From the NCBI RefSeq assembly GCF_036321535.1, contig NC_087437.1, positions 16,680,001 through 16,744,000 on the forward strand: a stretch of DNA of 64,000 bases. Reading direction: 5' to 3'. How positions within the stretch are numbered: position 1 is the stretch's first letter; every line of letters begins with the position of its first letter. The notes under the pieces are model-generated. The model did not search any database, was not told the origin of the DNA, and saw nothing but the letters and a program-made list of their open reading frames with translations. This document shows, piece after piece, positions 1 through 13,379 of the stretch. This DNA is from Camelus dromedarius. Taxonomy: Eukaryota. Made by a program: the position numbers and the translations under genes.

Positions 1-3000
1 CTCTTGGATCAAGTTCTCAGCTTCTTATCTAGGGTGAGGTGTGGTCACCCTAGCAATGGGAAGTGGTGTTGCGAAGACTCACTGTCATCATGATTAAGAT
101 TCTTGGGGGCAGCTTTATCTTCTGGTCACTCGGTCAAGTTGGGTTAGCCAGGAATTTAGGTGTTGATTTCTTACCTCTTTTAAACTTGAAGACTATGGCT
201 GAGGCCCAGTGCTTCCAGGGGGACACAAGGGATGAGGGAGTGTCACCAACATGAGGAGAGGCTTAGCTGATTTACCAGGAGCCAAGATTAGAGGCACTTC
301 CCCAGAAGGCCTGGGAGCATGTATTGTTCCGTTCCTTTGATTCAGGTCTAACAATTCCACCCTCTTGAACAGAGGCTGGTTCATGCTGAAACACAAACAA
401 ACTTACAGTCATGTTGCAACACTTTGGTGCCCTGGGCAGAGGCCTCTCATTGCTGACAAGACCATAAGAGTAGGCAACACCTAGCCTCAGACGCTACCCG
501 GCACCCTCTCTGCATGGGCTTAGAAACCTCTTATGCCAGAGGCCCAAACAGACCCTCCAGACTAGTTAATTCTGCTTTACCTACCTCCCCTCTACTGGCA
601 AGCTTTGCTTCCACCCTGAGTACTAAGCCCCTCTAATGGCCTGGCTTTTCCTGTTACTATTACCTCCATCCTCCCCTTGGCTCATCCTCTTACCATTCCC
701 TCCCCCACAACCCAATGGTTTCTACTCACCCTCTGGGGTCCGTATCCACTCACCAACTCCCTTCTCTGCAATACAAGACTTTCCTCTGGCTCTTTTTCCC
801 TCCTGCCCTAACTGAAACACAGACTTGTTGAAGGATACAGGCTTTCCTGCAGCTCCCCAGGAGTAAGGGTATTCATTCTTCCATTCTTCACACACCCCAT
901 GGCTTTTTGGGAAAAGGAATATATTTATTCTTCTGGCTCCATTTTACTATATCCAAACACTTATTCTTCACTGAGTTGTAGAAACTCTCTACCCTTCATT
1001 GTGCCCATCAATCATGGTCATCTAGCCTTTTCTTGGTCACTCACTCCACATTCACTGGGCCTCAGTCTAACTCTCTTCCCCTTGTCTTGCCAAGGCTACA
1101 GGTGACTTTCTCTTGCTCTCCACTTCACCAGCCACTCCTGTGGCTTCACCCTGAACAAAACCACTACCCAGAGCTATTTCAGTTTTGCCAACCTAAATCC
1201 TAATATCCCACCAAAACCCACAATCAGTCCATTTTCCTGCTCTCTCCTTTAAGAAAAACAAACAAAAACAACTACTCTTTGACCTCCTTTAGGGTGCTAA
1301 TCCTCAGGTCCCACTATTTTATTATATTCTAGCTCCCTCTATTTTCATCATCTCACCTTCTTGGGCACTATGTGCTATCCATTAAACCAGTGTTTTACCA
1401 CTAACTCTTATTGATCCATTCAGAGATAGAAGCCCCTGAGAATAGGTAACCTTATTTGTAAATGAAACACTAAAAACAACAAACAGTGTTTAACGTAAAA
1501 TAAATATTAATCAAATAACACTTCTACTAGCATTGACGTTGTCCAGATAATCTTAAGACTTTCCACAGGACTCTGGCTAATATTTAATGACATCAGATGT
1601 CTATAGGTAAACTCTGCTTGGACTTAAATAGAGCCACCCCAAATAAATAAATTAAGTAAATAGAGCAAATCCTCCTCCCAGTTGGATTTTTGAGCAGTGT
1701 TGGAGCAGTAGAATTTAGAGGATTCTATCCAGGAATAATTTAAAATTCTATTATCCAACAAATGTTTCTCCTCTCCGCACTAGCTGGATGCCTTGACTTT
1801 TTTAAAAAAGCATCATAATATCTTCAGGGAATTATCTCTGTTTCAACCTAACTCTCCATCCATCTTATATCATGTTTCTTCTCTCATCATAACGTAGAAA
1901 TAGATCTTAATGTCTAACTAGAAAAAGTCACTTATAACCAATATTCTTGCCAGAATGTATTAATACTAACTTTCAAATCAAGTCTCTGCAGGAAGCCTTG
2001 GCCAGAACAGGGAGGCCTTGGTGTTCAGATGGAAGGTGCCATTTGCCTGTTCCTTCTCCACTTTGAGCCATGGCTCTCTAGAGTTGAGACCCACAGTCTT
2101 ATTAGAAGACAATGGTCAAAGTTTGCATCCAGAAAAGGGTTAGGAAAGTGGTTTCTAGAGATTATAAAAAGGCAAAGAAATTTTAGATCAAAAAAGCCAG
2201 AGATGGGAGTCAGGGTGGACTCAGCAGAGATCAATGATAAAAGACAAAAATCTGAGCCTAATGCAGCAGACTTAGCCCAGTTACCAGCCAGGCGTTGAGG
2301 GGCCACTGGAAGAGCCCCCTCAAAGAACTGAGGTCAACAGAGTGAGGCTGCACCGGGTCGAAGAGGCACTCGTGGAAGTGTTCTGTTCACTGAGGCGCAG
2401 GGCAGGTAGAGCATAGGCCTGGTCTCAGGAAACGGCGCTGGCAGGATCAAGGCGTGAAGCAGGCCAGGCACAAGAGGCCTTGGGAGGAATAAGCCCCCTT
2501 CCCGATGGAGGCTGGCTACAGGGAGCCTGGCATCTCTGCCTGCAAGATTAAAAGCAGCCAAAAAGATACGGCCAAATCCCACTGACTGATGGGACAAAGA
2601 CTATTGACCAGTCAGTCTCTCCTTAAGAGGGGTGGCACTCATGAACAGCTTTGATGGCACACTGGGGTAAAGGCTAATAATTCTTCATTCATTCATTCAT
2701 GAATCATTCGCTGAAAAGCTAATATGTGCTCAATGCAGAGCTAAGTGCCGAGGAAACAAAGATAACTGTGACGAGGACAAAAATATTAACACATATGTGT
2801 TCACAGCCTCCTCCTCCCTCCTAGCAACACTCCCAGGCCCTTTACGGAGGTTTCTGTTCACATACTCCACTTCTGGGATGTGTCGTGCCCATCAGGAGAA
2901 TGGGGGAGAAAGAAGACTGAAAGAATTCAAGGGAGACCATATCACAAAGAACTGAGCCAGAGATGACTGGAGGAGAAGAGAGCAGAGATCTGGGGGAGCG

Positions 3001-4639
3001 AAGGAGAGAGAGAACCAGGTGAGGCTGGAGTGGAGGTGGTGAGCAAATTGGGAGGAGATGGGTCAGTAAGTGGACTTGGGGAGACAGACCAGCGAAGGAC
3101 AAAGTAGCACAGGCAGCGTACATGGGTGTGATTGTAATTTCTGCCCATGGTCTTTTGGAGACTTTATGAACTTCTTTGCAACTGGCATTGTGTTTTACTC
3201 TTGGATGCCACATGATGATAAAACTGGCTACGAGGTGCCCAGCTCTCAGGGGATCCCAGTTAAAGATGTGATCCCTGCCCTCTAGGTGCTCAGAGTCCAA
3301 TAGGGAAAACAGTCATTTAACGTAAAATAACACAATAAAACATTGGCAAGTACGGTGTCACCCTCTCTGTAGGGCACAGGGGTAGCAACTGAGGTAGCAA
3401 CTCCAGCTCAAAGACAGCTAGGTACTCTTTCAGCAGTCAGGTCCCTGAGCTTAGGAGGGGATTTTTTAGCTCCCAAATTAATTACCAAGAGCAACCTACA
3501 CCTCAGTCCTGGACAAGAAGCAGAAAATCCAAACTCCCTCCTCGAACTGATAGAAATTCTGTCACCACTAAGACTCACCTGGGTGTCAGGTGGGAACCCA
3601 GTTAGTCTAATCAACAGTTTCCTTTGCTTTTTTTGACTAAGAGTTCCCTTGGTAGGGCGTGTCTTTTCTACTTCAGTATCACCTAAACAAAGGGAAACTT
3701 TTGTAGACAGAGGTGTCAGCATAAGAGAACACTGTACCAAATCACGTAAGCATGGAAAGGGAAAACGGGTGAATGCTCAATGAAGCCTGAAATTATGTAA
3801 GTGAAACACACAGTCAGCCCCAGACGGAGCCGCATTGAGTTTGTTTCCCCCAGGCAAAGGGAGGACTTAGAGTTTCCAAGCAGAGCTGAAGCAATCGCTT
3901 TGCTGGTTGGTGCCAGCCAAGTGACTCACTCACAAACCTGTTTAATATGAAACAGCATTAGGAGACTGGATATAGCCTCAAGGAGATCAGCTGCTAACCA
4001 GCTCAGATTATAGCTGCAATCCCTCACTTAAAGTGTCTCTCCGCCTGTCTGCAGTGGCATACGACACCATGAAGGAAAGGGACTGTCCTTGAAGTAGACA
4101 GAGCAGGGTTCTGGTTCCCATTTGGTAGCAGTTCATCATGTGACTTGGGTCAGCTTCACCTGAAAAATGAAACTGATAACTTGTCCATAAAATAGAGCAA
4201 TACCTTCCCTGCCTACCCTCTGTGGTAGTTTTGAGAATTGAATGAGAAATATTATGAGAATTAAATGAGATGATGAAAATGGTAGAGAGCTGTAAACCAG
4301 GTATTATCATTACACACAAGAGTCATAAATCTCCTTTTATACTTTGCCTGGAACTAGAGGGAATTTCCTTAAGTGGCAGGAATGAGGAAATAAGCACAAC
4401 AAGAATCTTGCTTCCCACTTTAATAACAGTGGCAGGGAAAGCGCCGATTTACCCAGTTACTGTGGATTTCTGTCACCCAGGCAGTAAATTGGAGTCTTCT
4501 CAAAAAGAGCTCCCTTCTTCAGTGGTATCTGAGGCTATCACTTAGACCATCTCTGATATCTCCCAGCAAGAATTTTAATGAGATCTCTGTTTGAGAAATT
4601 TATGAAACTCTCACTCCCATTTGTAATTACATGGGCAAG

Positions 4640-4780
4640 CAGGGAGGGTGTAGCTCAAGTGGTAGAGCACGTGCTTAGCATGCACTGGATCCTGGGTTCA
4701 ATCCTCAGTACCCCATTAAAGTAAATAAGTAAGTACCTAATTACTCTCCCCCCAAAAATAAATAATTTTTTAAAAAGAAA
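4640..4780 (+). mobile_element. tRNA-derived SINE (camelid Vic-1-like)
   Basis: A box TAGCTCAAGTGG, B box GGTTCAATCC, A-rich tail; perfect 16-bp TSD TAATTACATGGGCAAG at 4624-4639 and 4781-4796. Confidence 0.9.
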
Positions 4781-7700
4781 TAATTACATGGGCAAGAAAA
4801 CAAGCAAAAGGATCTTTTGTGCTTTTTCTTTTTTCTCTTCTTTCTCTTCTTTTTTTTCCTACCCCCATCTCTATCTCCCAGAGGAATTTGGTGAAGCAGG
4901 TAATTCGAGCAAGGCACTTGGATGAAAAATTTAGTCGGGTGCCAAAAAAACTCAAAAATCAAGATAAATATATTTTAATGAATATTTTTCAAAAAAAAAT
5001 TACTGCCCCAAAATGATGAACAAAATGTTACATTTTTAAACAAAGTTTGGTGACAGTGTCATCCTGAAACATAACGGAGCCTGAGGCAAAAGAAAAAAAT
5101 CAGTGTTCCTGATCCTATTTAAAACTTGGTATTTTGTTCGTTATGGATTTTTAGCTTATTTTTGATGTATCATAGGTAGCAATTCTTTTCTTTTTTAGCA
5201 GCATCTAAAATTATACTTTGCCTTCGTATCAAGGGTATCTTAGAATTGGCAAAATGCTTTCCATGTGGTGTGTGGAGCAGGCATGCCACCTGGCAATGAA
5301 GCTCAACTTGGCTTTGTCTCCCATTGTTTCCTTTACACATTGACTCAGTGGAAGTCACCTTCCCTGTTCCTGAATGAAAACTCTTGAGTCCCATGGCTTC
5401 TCTGTTCCCTTTTAAGTAATGGACAATCCACAGTCATTTGAAGTCACCAACACAGTCTCAGTTTAGCAATCAGAATGCATAATCCCCTGAAATAAGCAAA
5501 ACTCACAACTTCAGTTGGTGGTAAACCTCCTGCCCTCCACTGCCCGGGGCTGGCAGCCCGCACTGGGGAAGGGGAAGTGGGGCCTTCTGCTCTCTGTTCC
5601 CCCCACCTGTCTTCCTCGCCCACTTAACACCCTGCTGTTTTGTTCTCCCAAATGTTATAGGGGCTTGGCAGCAAGGAGAGGAAGGAAATAGACCAATTCT
5701 TACCTGGCTGGGTGGCTTCACATTCTCTGTGGCAGGAAGATGATTAATGGGGACCCTTTCTCTTTGTGCATCTTCATTGGCTCATCGGAGTTTCCCTCTC
5801 TCTTTAGGTAGCTGTAACACTTGTCCCATCTGGGTGGTGACTACATGGATATTTATTATACAATTAACTCTACTTTTCTGTGTGCTTTATATATTCTAAA
5901 ATTTCTTAATTTAAAAAAAGAAAAGAACTGTGAAAGAGAATAAGGGGGGAGAATCCTAACTCTACATGAAAACAACCTTTACTGGATGGAAACTTGCCTT
6001 ATCAATCTCAATCCCTCTTTCTCTCTCTCTCTCTCTTTCTCTCATTTTACTACCAGCCATATCTGCCTCCTGGTCTTCATTTTTATCACCTCTATAGACC
6101 TATAAAAATAAAAGTTTGTCTAGATCGAGATAAACTGCCTTGCCCTGTCACATGCTAGTTTATTTCTTACTCCTTCTGAATAAGCAGAGCAATATCCCGC
6201 TGGTTTCTAATTTCTTCAAGAATAAATGGCCCTGGCCGGAATCCAGTCCACTCCCAGTCCCCTGGGAGCTGGTCAAGAGAACTAGAACATGTCTGCCCGT
6301 GACCTCTAGGGCAGACATCAACAAGAGTTCCACTGCAAGAAAAGCACGGTAAAAACAGCAGTGTCACCAAAGGCAGAAAACACATCTTGTTCTCACCACT
6401 GAGGGTCCCACTGCACAGCTGGTTACCAGGCATTGGAACTGAAGAGAGAAGAATGTTGCAGAGGATGAACGGTCATCCTCACTTTAATAAAATAATTGCC
6501 TTCATGGTTTAGCTTCACAATCCTGGCAATATATTGCTTATATCCTCGAGTGCTCATTTTCCATAACAAAGTCTTCAATATTCTGCTTTATCAGTAGTAT
6601 TTAAACGTGTGGTTCTGTTTTGCCCTCTAGGAGCTATAGAGGTTGGAATTGGAAAACAATTTGAATTCTCACACATTCCAAAAGGGCTGCCCAGATTCAG
6701 GATGTCTGAAGCAAGACACTTCCAACAGGACAAGTTTCAGGATGATAAAGGAGAGAACAACCTGTTGTGGGCAGGTCTTGCGGATAAATCCACAAAGCAC
6801 AGAGGGAAACCAGTCCTGAGTCTAACTCCCAGTGACTAGGGCTGGTTTTCACGGTTGAGGAGTTCCTTGCAACAGCCAGCTAGGCCCCAGGAGGCATGGG
6901 TGTGGGAGTAACAGAAGGGTGGGTGGCAGGGTGACAGGCATCCGTTCCAGGGGTCAAGTCTGCACCTACCGACCTCCCTCAGTCCCTACAACCTCCTTCT
7001 AAAACGTGTCCCAGAGGGGTGAATCAAAATGAACAGAAAATGGTAGTAGATGAGACAAATAAAAAGTAAAATGTGAAAAGGGTGAAGAATCTCACAGAGC
7101 AGAAATGGGATTCCATTAAACTGTGAACTCAGATGAAGAATAAAATTACATCTTTATTTTCATAACCTGTGAAAAATCTAGCATTTCCTTTGATTATGAT
7201 TGGAGGCGATATACTGGAGCAGTTAGTAGCTCCAATGGCTTTGTCACCAATAGAATTCACAGATATCTTAATTCAATTAACTTTATGGCTATTGCAAATA
7301 TCTTGAAGTACCATTCTTGTTCGTTGTTACTTTGAAATCGTGATGGCAATTAAATTTGTCACTAGATCTTGCTATTTAACCTGTTAATAAAGAAGCATGT
7401 GTAAATATACTGCATGTGTGTTTTAATATCTTGATAACCGTATGTTAATACTTGGTTTCCTTCGTGATTGTATGTACTTTATGAATTAGATTTTAGAACA
7501 CTTTTCTGCGAAGAGATCCATGGGTGTCATCAGATTGCCAGAGGGGTCTGGAGAGGGGAAAATGTTAAGAATCTTTTCATCAGGCACTTGTGAACTAGTT
7601 GCGGCATACAGAATCCCATCAACCCAAATTCAAACATATTTGAAAAAGACTTTGGTGAAAAAAGGAGGAGGAGGTAAAGATATAACTTTAGTTATGCCTA

Positions 7701-8269
7701 GGGACTATGCAATTCACTAGGGTATGAAACATATTAAATTCCAGCTGAAAGGTGTAGTCTTAGAGATTCTCTTGGTAAAAACAAAAACAAACAAACAGTA
7801 TAAAAAGGGATCTAGCTTCTCAAAGAGTAGTTCAGGAGGAATAATCTAGGTGAACCTAGATCCAGTGTCCAATGTCCTGACCTCCAACAGATAACTCCAA
7901 TCTGGAATATGTGGTAGTCCCACATCTTCTCCAAGTCACTGATATTAATTCAGTTGAGTAAATGTCCTTTCAACCGTGGGGAGGGTTGAAATAAAAAGAC
8001 TAGAAGCTTTAATAGCCAAGTTTCATTTCACCAAATTATTAAATTAAGAAACATTCTCCATTCCTTCTGTAAAATCTCTATCACCTGGTCCCAAGGCACG
8101 CCAAGCCCTTGCAACTAGTGCTGGTGCTAGAGGGCTTTTTCTAGTCCACTGGCATATCCTCAAAACTCAAGAATAAGAGAACAGACAATTCATTTTAAAA
8201 CAGGTGAAAAAAAAACTATTCAATTATTAAGGCCTCTAGACAGCTACCCCTCTGACAATACCACACAGC

Positions 8270-10460
8270 ACCAATACAGTGTGTTACTGGCCGAGGGATC
8301 GTCAAATAGATCAATGGAACAGAACAGAGAACACAGAAATAGAGTCACACAAATATGTTTTTTTAAATAGATTTTATTTTTTAGAACCGTTTTTCATTTA
8401 CAGAGAAATTAAGCAGATAGTCCAAAGAGTTGCCATATACTCTGCACCCAGTTTCCCTTTTTATCAATGTCTTACATTAGGATGGTACATTTGTTACAAT
8501 CAGGAAACAAATATTCACACATTATTATTAACTAATGGTCACAGTGTATTCAGATTTCTTTAGTTTTTGGTTGTCATGTCTCCCAGGCTCCTCTTGGCTG
8601 TGACAATTTCTTAGACTTTCCTTGTTTTTCATCACCCTGGTGGCACTGAGGAGGAGCACAAGTCATATACTTTGTAGAATGTCCCAATATAGGAGTTTGG
8701 CTAATGTTTTTCTCCTGATAAGACTGTGGTAATTGTTATTAGAAGGACGATAACAGAAGTAAAGTGTTATTTTTATCACCTCATGTCAAAAGTACATGTT
8801 ATCAACATGATTTATGATTGCTGGTTTTGAGTCTGATCACCTGCGTGAGGTAGGGTTCATCTGATTTCCCCTCTATAAAGTTACTTTCCCCCTATTTCCA
8901 GACAGTACTCTTTGAAAAGAAGTCGCCATGCACAGTTCACACCCAAAAAGAGTGGGGAGTTATGTATCCCACCTTGAGGGTAGAGTAACTACATCAATTA
9001 TTAGGAATTCTTCTCTATGGGAGATTTGCTATTCTCTTCCATTTATTTATTATTCAATTATTTATCTCAGTATGGAATCATGGGTATTTATTTCATACTT
9101 TGAGCTATAATCCAATACTAGTTTATTTATTTTCTTGATCAAATTGTTCCAACTTTGGCCTCTGGGAACTCTTCCAGTTGGCTCCTAAGGACCTTTGACA
9201 CACCCTCATCCATGTGTTTTGTTTTGTTTTTCATTCCATTGCTTACCTTTTTTACTACAGGATGCTCCAGGAACATCTTACATATTTCCTGCCAGTCCTA
9301 GAATCAACAATTTCTCTAAGGAGCCCTATTCCTTTTATTGGAGAACAACACTAGAAACCACAATCTGGACACTAGGTATACTCCTTGTTACTAGAAAGCC
9401 CAACTGATTTTTGACAAACACACAACAGTTAGTCAGTGGAGGAAGGAGAACCATTTCAACCAACGGTGCCATAACAATTGGACATCCATTGCTGGGGTGC
9501 AGGGGGCGGGAATAATCTCAACCTAAACCTCACACTTTGTGTAAAAATTAACTAAAAATGAATCATAGATGTAACGTAAAATGGAAAATCATAAAACTTT
9601 TGAAAAACAATACAAAATCTTCAGGATTTAGGATTAGGCAAATAGTTCTTAGACTTAACACCAAAAGTATGATCTGCAAAAGGAAAGATTGATAAATTAG
9701 ACTTCATCAAAATTAGAAACTTTTGCCCTGGGGGGAGGCGGGAAACTCTATTAAGAGAAAGATAAAACAAGCTTTTTCAGACTGGGAGGAAAATATTTGC
9801 AAATCACATATCTGACAAAAGACTAGTCTCCAGAATATATAAAGAAATCTCAAACTCAATGGTGAAAAAACAATCGAATTAGAAAATGGGCAAAAGACAT
9901 GGACAGATATTCCATCAGAAAGGATATACAGATGGTAAATAAGCGTATGAAAATATGTTCAACGTCATTAGCCATTATTAGGGAAATTAAAACCACAAAG
10001 AAATATCACCACACAGAGAAATGCAAAACATGTATTCACACAAAACCCTGCACCTGAATGTTCCTGGCAGCTTTTTGCACGATAGCCCCAAGCTGGAAAC
10101 AACTCAGATGTCCTTCAGCAGTTGAACAGTCAAATAAACTGTAGTACACCCATACCATGAGCTACGACTCGGCAATAAAAGGGAACAAACTAACGGTACA
10201 CACGGCAATTTGGGTGAATCTCCAGCGAATTATACAAACATCAGTGGTTGCCAGGAGTGGGAGCTGCAGGGGCAGTGGGGGAGGGATTGACTACAAAGGA
10301 GTAGCACAAGGGCATTTTGAGGGTTGACAGAAATATTCTGTATCTTGATCATGATAGGGGTAATTACACCGCTGCCAAGTATTCGTCAAAATTCATAGGA
10401 TTATACACTCACTCAAAGGGGTAGATTTTATTTTATATAAATTATAACTCGATCTTTAAA
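8270..10460 (+). mobile_element. Old L1M ORF2/3' fragment, split by an antisense L1MC-like piece (about 8360-9395)
   Basis: DRQIDQWNRTE motif at about 8297, continuing after 9396 (CCAACTGATTTTTGACAAA); the inner piece starts with a poly-T and an L1MC-like 3' end. Confidence 0.85.
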
Positions 10461-10575
10461 ACCATGAAAAATGATTGAAGCTTTATGAACCAACCTCCAC
10501 TTAGCTCAGTTACTAAAATTAACCAACATTCTCCATTCCTTCTGTAAAATATACCAATTGGTACCCAGGACACTT

Positions 10576-11230
10576 ACAGTTGAGTACTTTCAGTTTGTCA
10601 CTCTCTAGTATAGCGGCATTTTCAGTTCCACCAGCTGGTCACAACACAAACCAGGAATCAGTTGTGTTTGTTCCCAAACTTACAGATGTTCATTGTGTCT
10701 GTTATCCTAATTACCTAATTTAATGAAATAATGACATAAGCCCATGAAATATGAGTGTGGAAAGGGAGAGTTGTCATTTCTGTGAAAATTAAGATGAACT
10801 CTTTGGAAAGACTAGCTAATGGCAACTTGCTAAAAAAAAAAAGTTCTTAAACTGAAAATGGACAAGACAGTTAATAAAAGATTGAAAGGAAATGTAAAAA
10901 TCTAAAATCAATCCACAATTACACTGCGTTGCAAGTGGCTTAAAGTTTTTGCTCCAATTTAACAGAATCCAAACTAGAAATCATACAGGATACAACTTGA
11001 GAGTGCTTTATGCAATGAAATGACGTGTCTTGGATCTCAAATTAACAGACTCATTCAGAGAAAGAATATGGCGAATAAATGTATATTTATATGTTCTAAG
11101 CTAAACATTTATGTTTTAAGCAATTAACTTAAAACATTAAACTATGTATGAAGAATTATTTGTAATTCCTTACTTTAGCTGAATTTTTCTACTAGCCAAC
11201 CTTACACAGTCCCCAAATGAGTGAAGAAGT
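10576..11230 (+). mobile_element. Tigger-type DNA transposon relic
   Basis: Starts TACAGTTGA; 10750-10910 resembles a degenerate pogo/Tigger N-terminal HTH coding segment. Confidence 0.6.
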
Positions 11231-11989
11231 GATTCAAACTTAAGATTTAACATTTTTGTGTTGAGTTCAAGAATAAGTTATTTTTTAATCATCCTGGCAA
11301 TTTGGACACATTTTGTGTGACAAATGGGGTACTTGAAATGTTGAATTTAGACTTGTGATTTTATTTTGAAATATTTAAAAGAATTTAATTGAGAGTAGAT
11401 TGGGGATTCAAATTTGAGATGCGTAAAAGTTGAATTGATTATGTTTGTAAACTGAGTGAATTTTTCTGGGAATCTGAGATGCAAAATCTGTAACTTTTGA
11501 GTTATTAAGTTTGTAAATAGAGTTTAAGTGCTTAGGAATATTGGCCTATTAGATTTGTAAGGTTGTTTATTGAATGTTTAAAGTGCTTTAGAGAATCAAA
11601 TATGTTATATTTGTTGTTGTAGTTTGAAATATCTGGTAACTTAATCAAGTTAATAATAAATGTTCATGGAACTTTATCATATTTATAAACTAATTTTAAG
11701 TTACAACAGAATACTACATTTAATAAATAAAACTGCAATATTTAAAGTTAAGCTTAAAAGCCTAAGAAAAACTGAATTTTAAAACTGAATGCCTTTTTAC
11801 GAATTTGACATTAATTAAACAAGTGTAGCTCTAAGTGTTTCCTGTTTTGTTTTTTATTTCCGTATACAAAAGCTTGCCCTTTGAAAACTCAAATGATGAA
11901 ATAATGAAAAATCAACTTCTCTCACATCCTGGTTCTCACAAAAATCATTTCCATAACCTTCAAGCAAAGAAAATCAAACACTTTAAACA

Positions 11990-12520
11990 TAGGGGTACCA
12001 CATGACCCAGTAATTCTACTGCTAAACATACAGCCAAGAGAAATGAAGGCAAAAGTCCATACAAAGACTTATGCATGAATGTTCTTATTTGTAATAGCCA
12101 AAAACTGAAAGCAACCCAAATGGTCATTAGCAGGTGAATGGATAATTATATAGCTACACTGAGAATATTACTCAGCAATAAAAAGGAATAAAATACTGAC
12201 ATGTGGATCAGCACAATACAAGTGAACCTTGAAAACATTATGCTACATATATGAAGAAAGCCAGATACAAAAGCCACATGTTCCATGATTCTATTTATAT
12301 AAAGGTCCAGAATAGTTATTGATACAGAAAGTAGATCAGTGGTTGCTGGGAGGCACAATGTGCGAAAATAGAAAGTGGCTTAATGGGTATGGAGTTTCTC
12401 TTTGGGTTGATGAAAATGTTCTAAAATTAATTTTGATTGCTCAGCTCTGTGAATACACCAAAAACCACTGAATTTTAAATAGGTGACTTATAGGGTGTAT
12501 GAATTGTGTCTCAATAAACT
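11990..12520 (+). mobile_element. Old L1M 3' end
   Basis: CATGACCCAGTAATTCTAC...GATGAAAATGTTCTAAAATT...CTCAATAAA. Confidence 0.85.
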
Positions 12521-12526
12521 GCCACA

Positions 12527-12690
12527 GGAAGGAAGGAGGGGAGGAAGGAAGGAGGGGAGGAAGGAAGGGAGGTAGGAAGGATGGAAAGAAGGTAGGAAGG
12601 AAGGTAGGAAGGAAAGAAGGAAGGAAGGAAGGAAGGAAGGAAGGAAGACAGGAAAGGAGAAAACAAAAAGAAAAGCAAGAAAGAAAATCA
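12527..12690 (+). repeat. (GGAA)n purine-rich microsatellite
   Basis: Imperfect GGAA/GGAG/GGTA repeats at the tail of an L1. Confidence 0.95.
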
Positions 12691-13379
12691 AACACAAACT
12701 TCAAACTTTTCAGATTTCCCAAAATAATCACATTCCTCCTGCAAGGAACAATATCTCTAGAAACTTCTGCTCATGTATCTTACGACTTTATTCTGTTGTG
12801 GATGTCCTGCTTCTTTACATTGTGCTCGTCTAATTAAAATCTTATATGGTGCATCTGACTGAGCCTAGGTCACATCCTCCTGTAGCTACAAAGAAGGTGG
12901 GAAAGTGAGTTCTCGCTTCAACCTGGGAGTCAGAATTCCTAACAGGAGAGATTCCAAATAAAGAAAAGCTATTCACAGATGCTAAGAAACTTTAAGGATG
13001 TGATAAACTGTTCACCATGCTCAGCCACATGTGGAAAGTGAGTGAAAGGGGGGCAAGATGGAAGGCAGAGAGAACAGCTAGGTGGCTGGTATAGACTCAC
13101 AAGACATATGGTGATGATCTGAACTGCTGACGACTGAGGCAGCAGTAACAGACCGTGAGAGGAGCAAACAGATTTGAGAAACAATTTGAAAGAAAAGTCA
13201 GCAGAATTTGGAGATTTGTTCTGTAAGAGAGATGAGGCAGCAGGAGGAATTAAGAATTTCTGGATTAATTAACCAGTAACCAAGTGGATAATAGGATCTT
13301 GACCTAAGATGAGAAGGTAACATGGGAAGAGGAACAGGTTTGGGGGTCACGGTAAGAGGGAGGGAATATACTAAAGTTT

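Noticed and set aside
1..540. Non-repeat-looking stretch checked for a processed pseudogene or retroviral remnant
   Set aside because: The translations I examined gave no motif I could recognise.
2025..2306. Overlapping ~90-aa ORFs on both strands
   Set aside because: No recognisable homology or splice context; within chance expectation.
4640..4715. tRNA-Ala-like gene
   Set aside because: Has a SINE tail and TSDs, is diverged, and occurs in five dispersed copies: a SINE rather than a tRNA gene.
12441..12837. ORFs with PSFL/GRKE repeats
   Set aside because: Translation of the (GGAA)n microsatellite.
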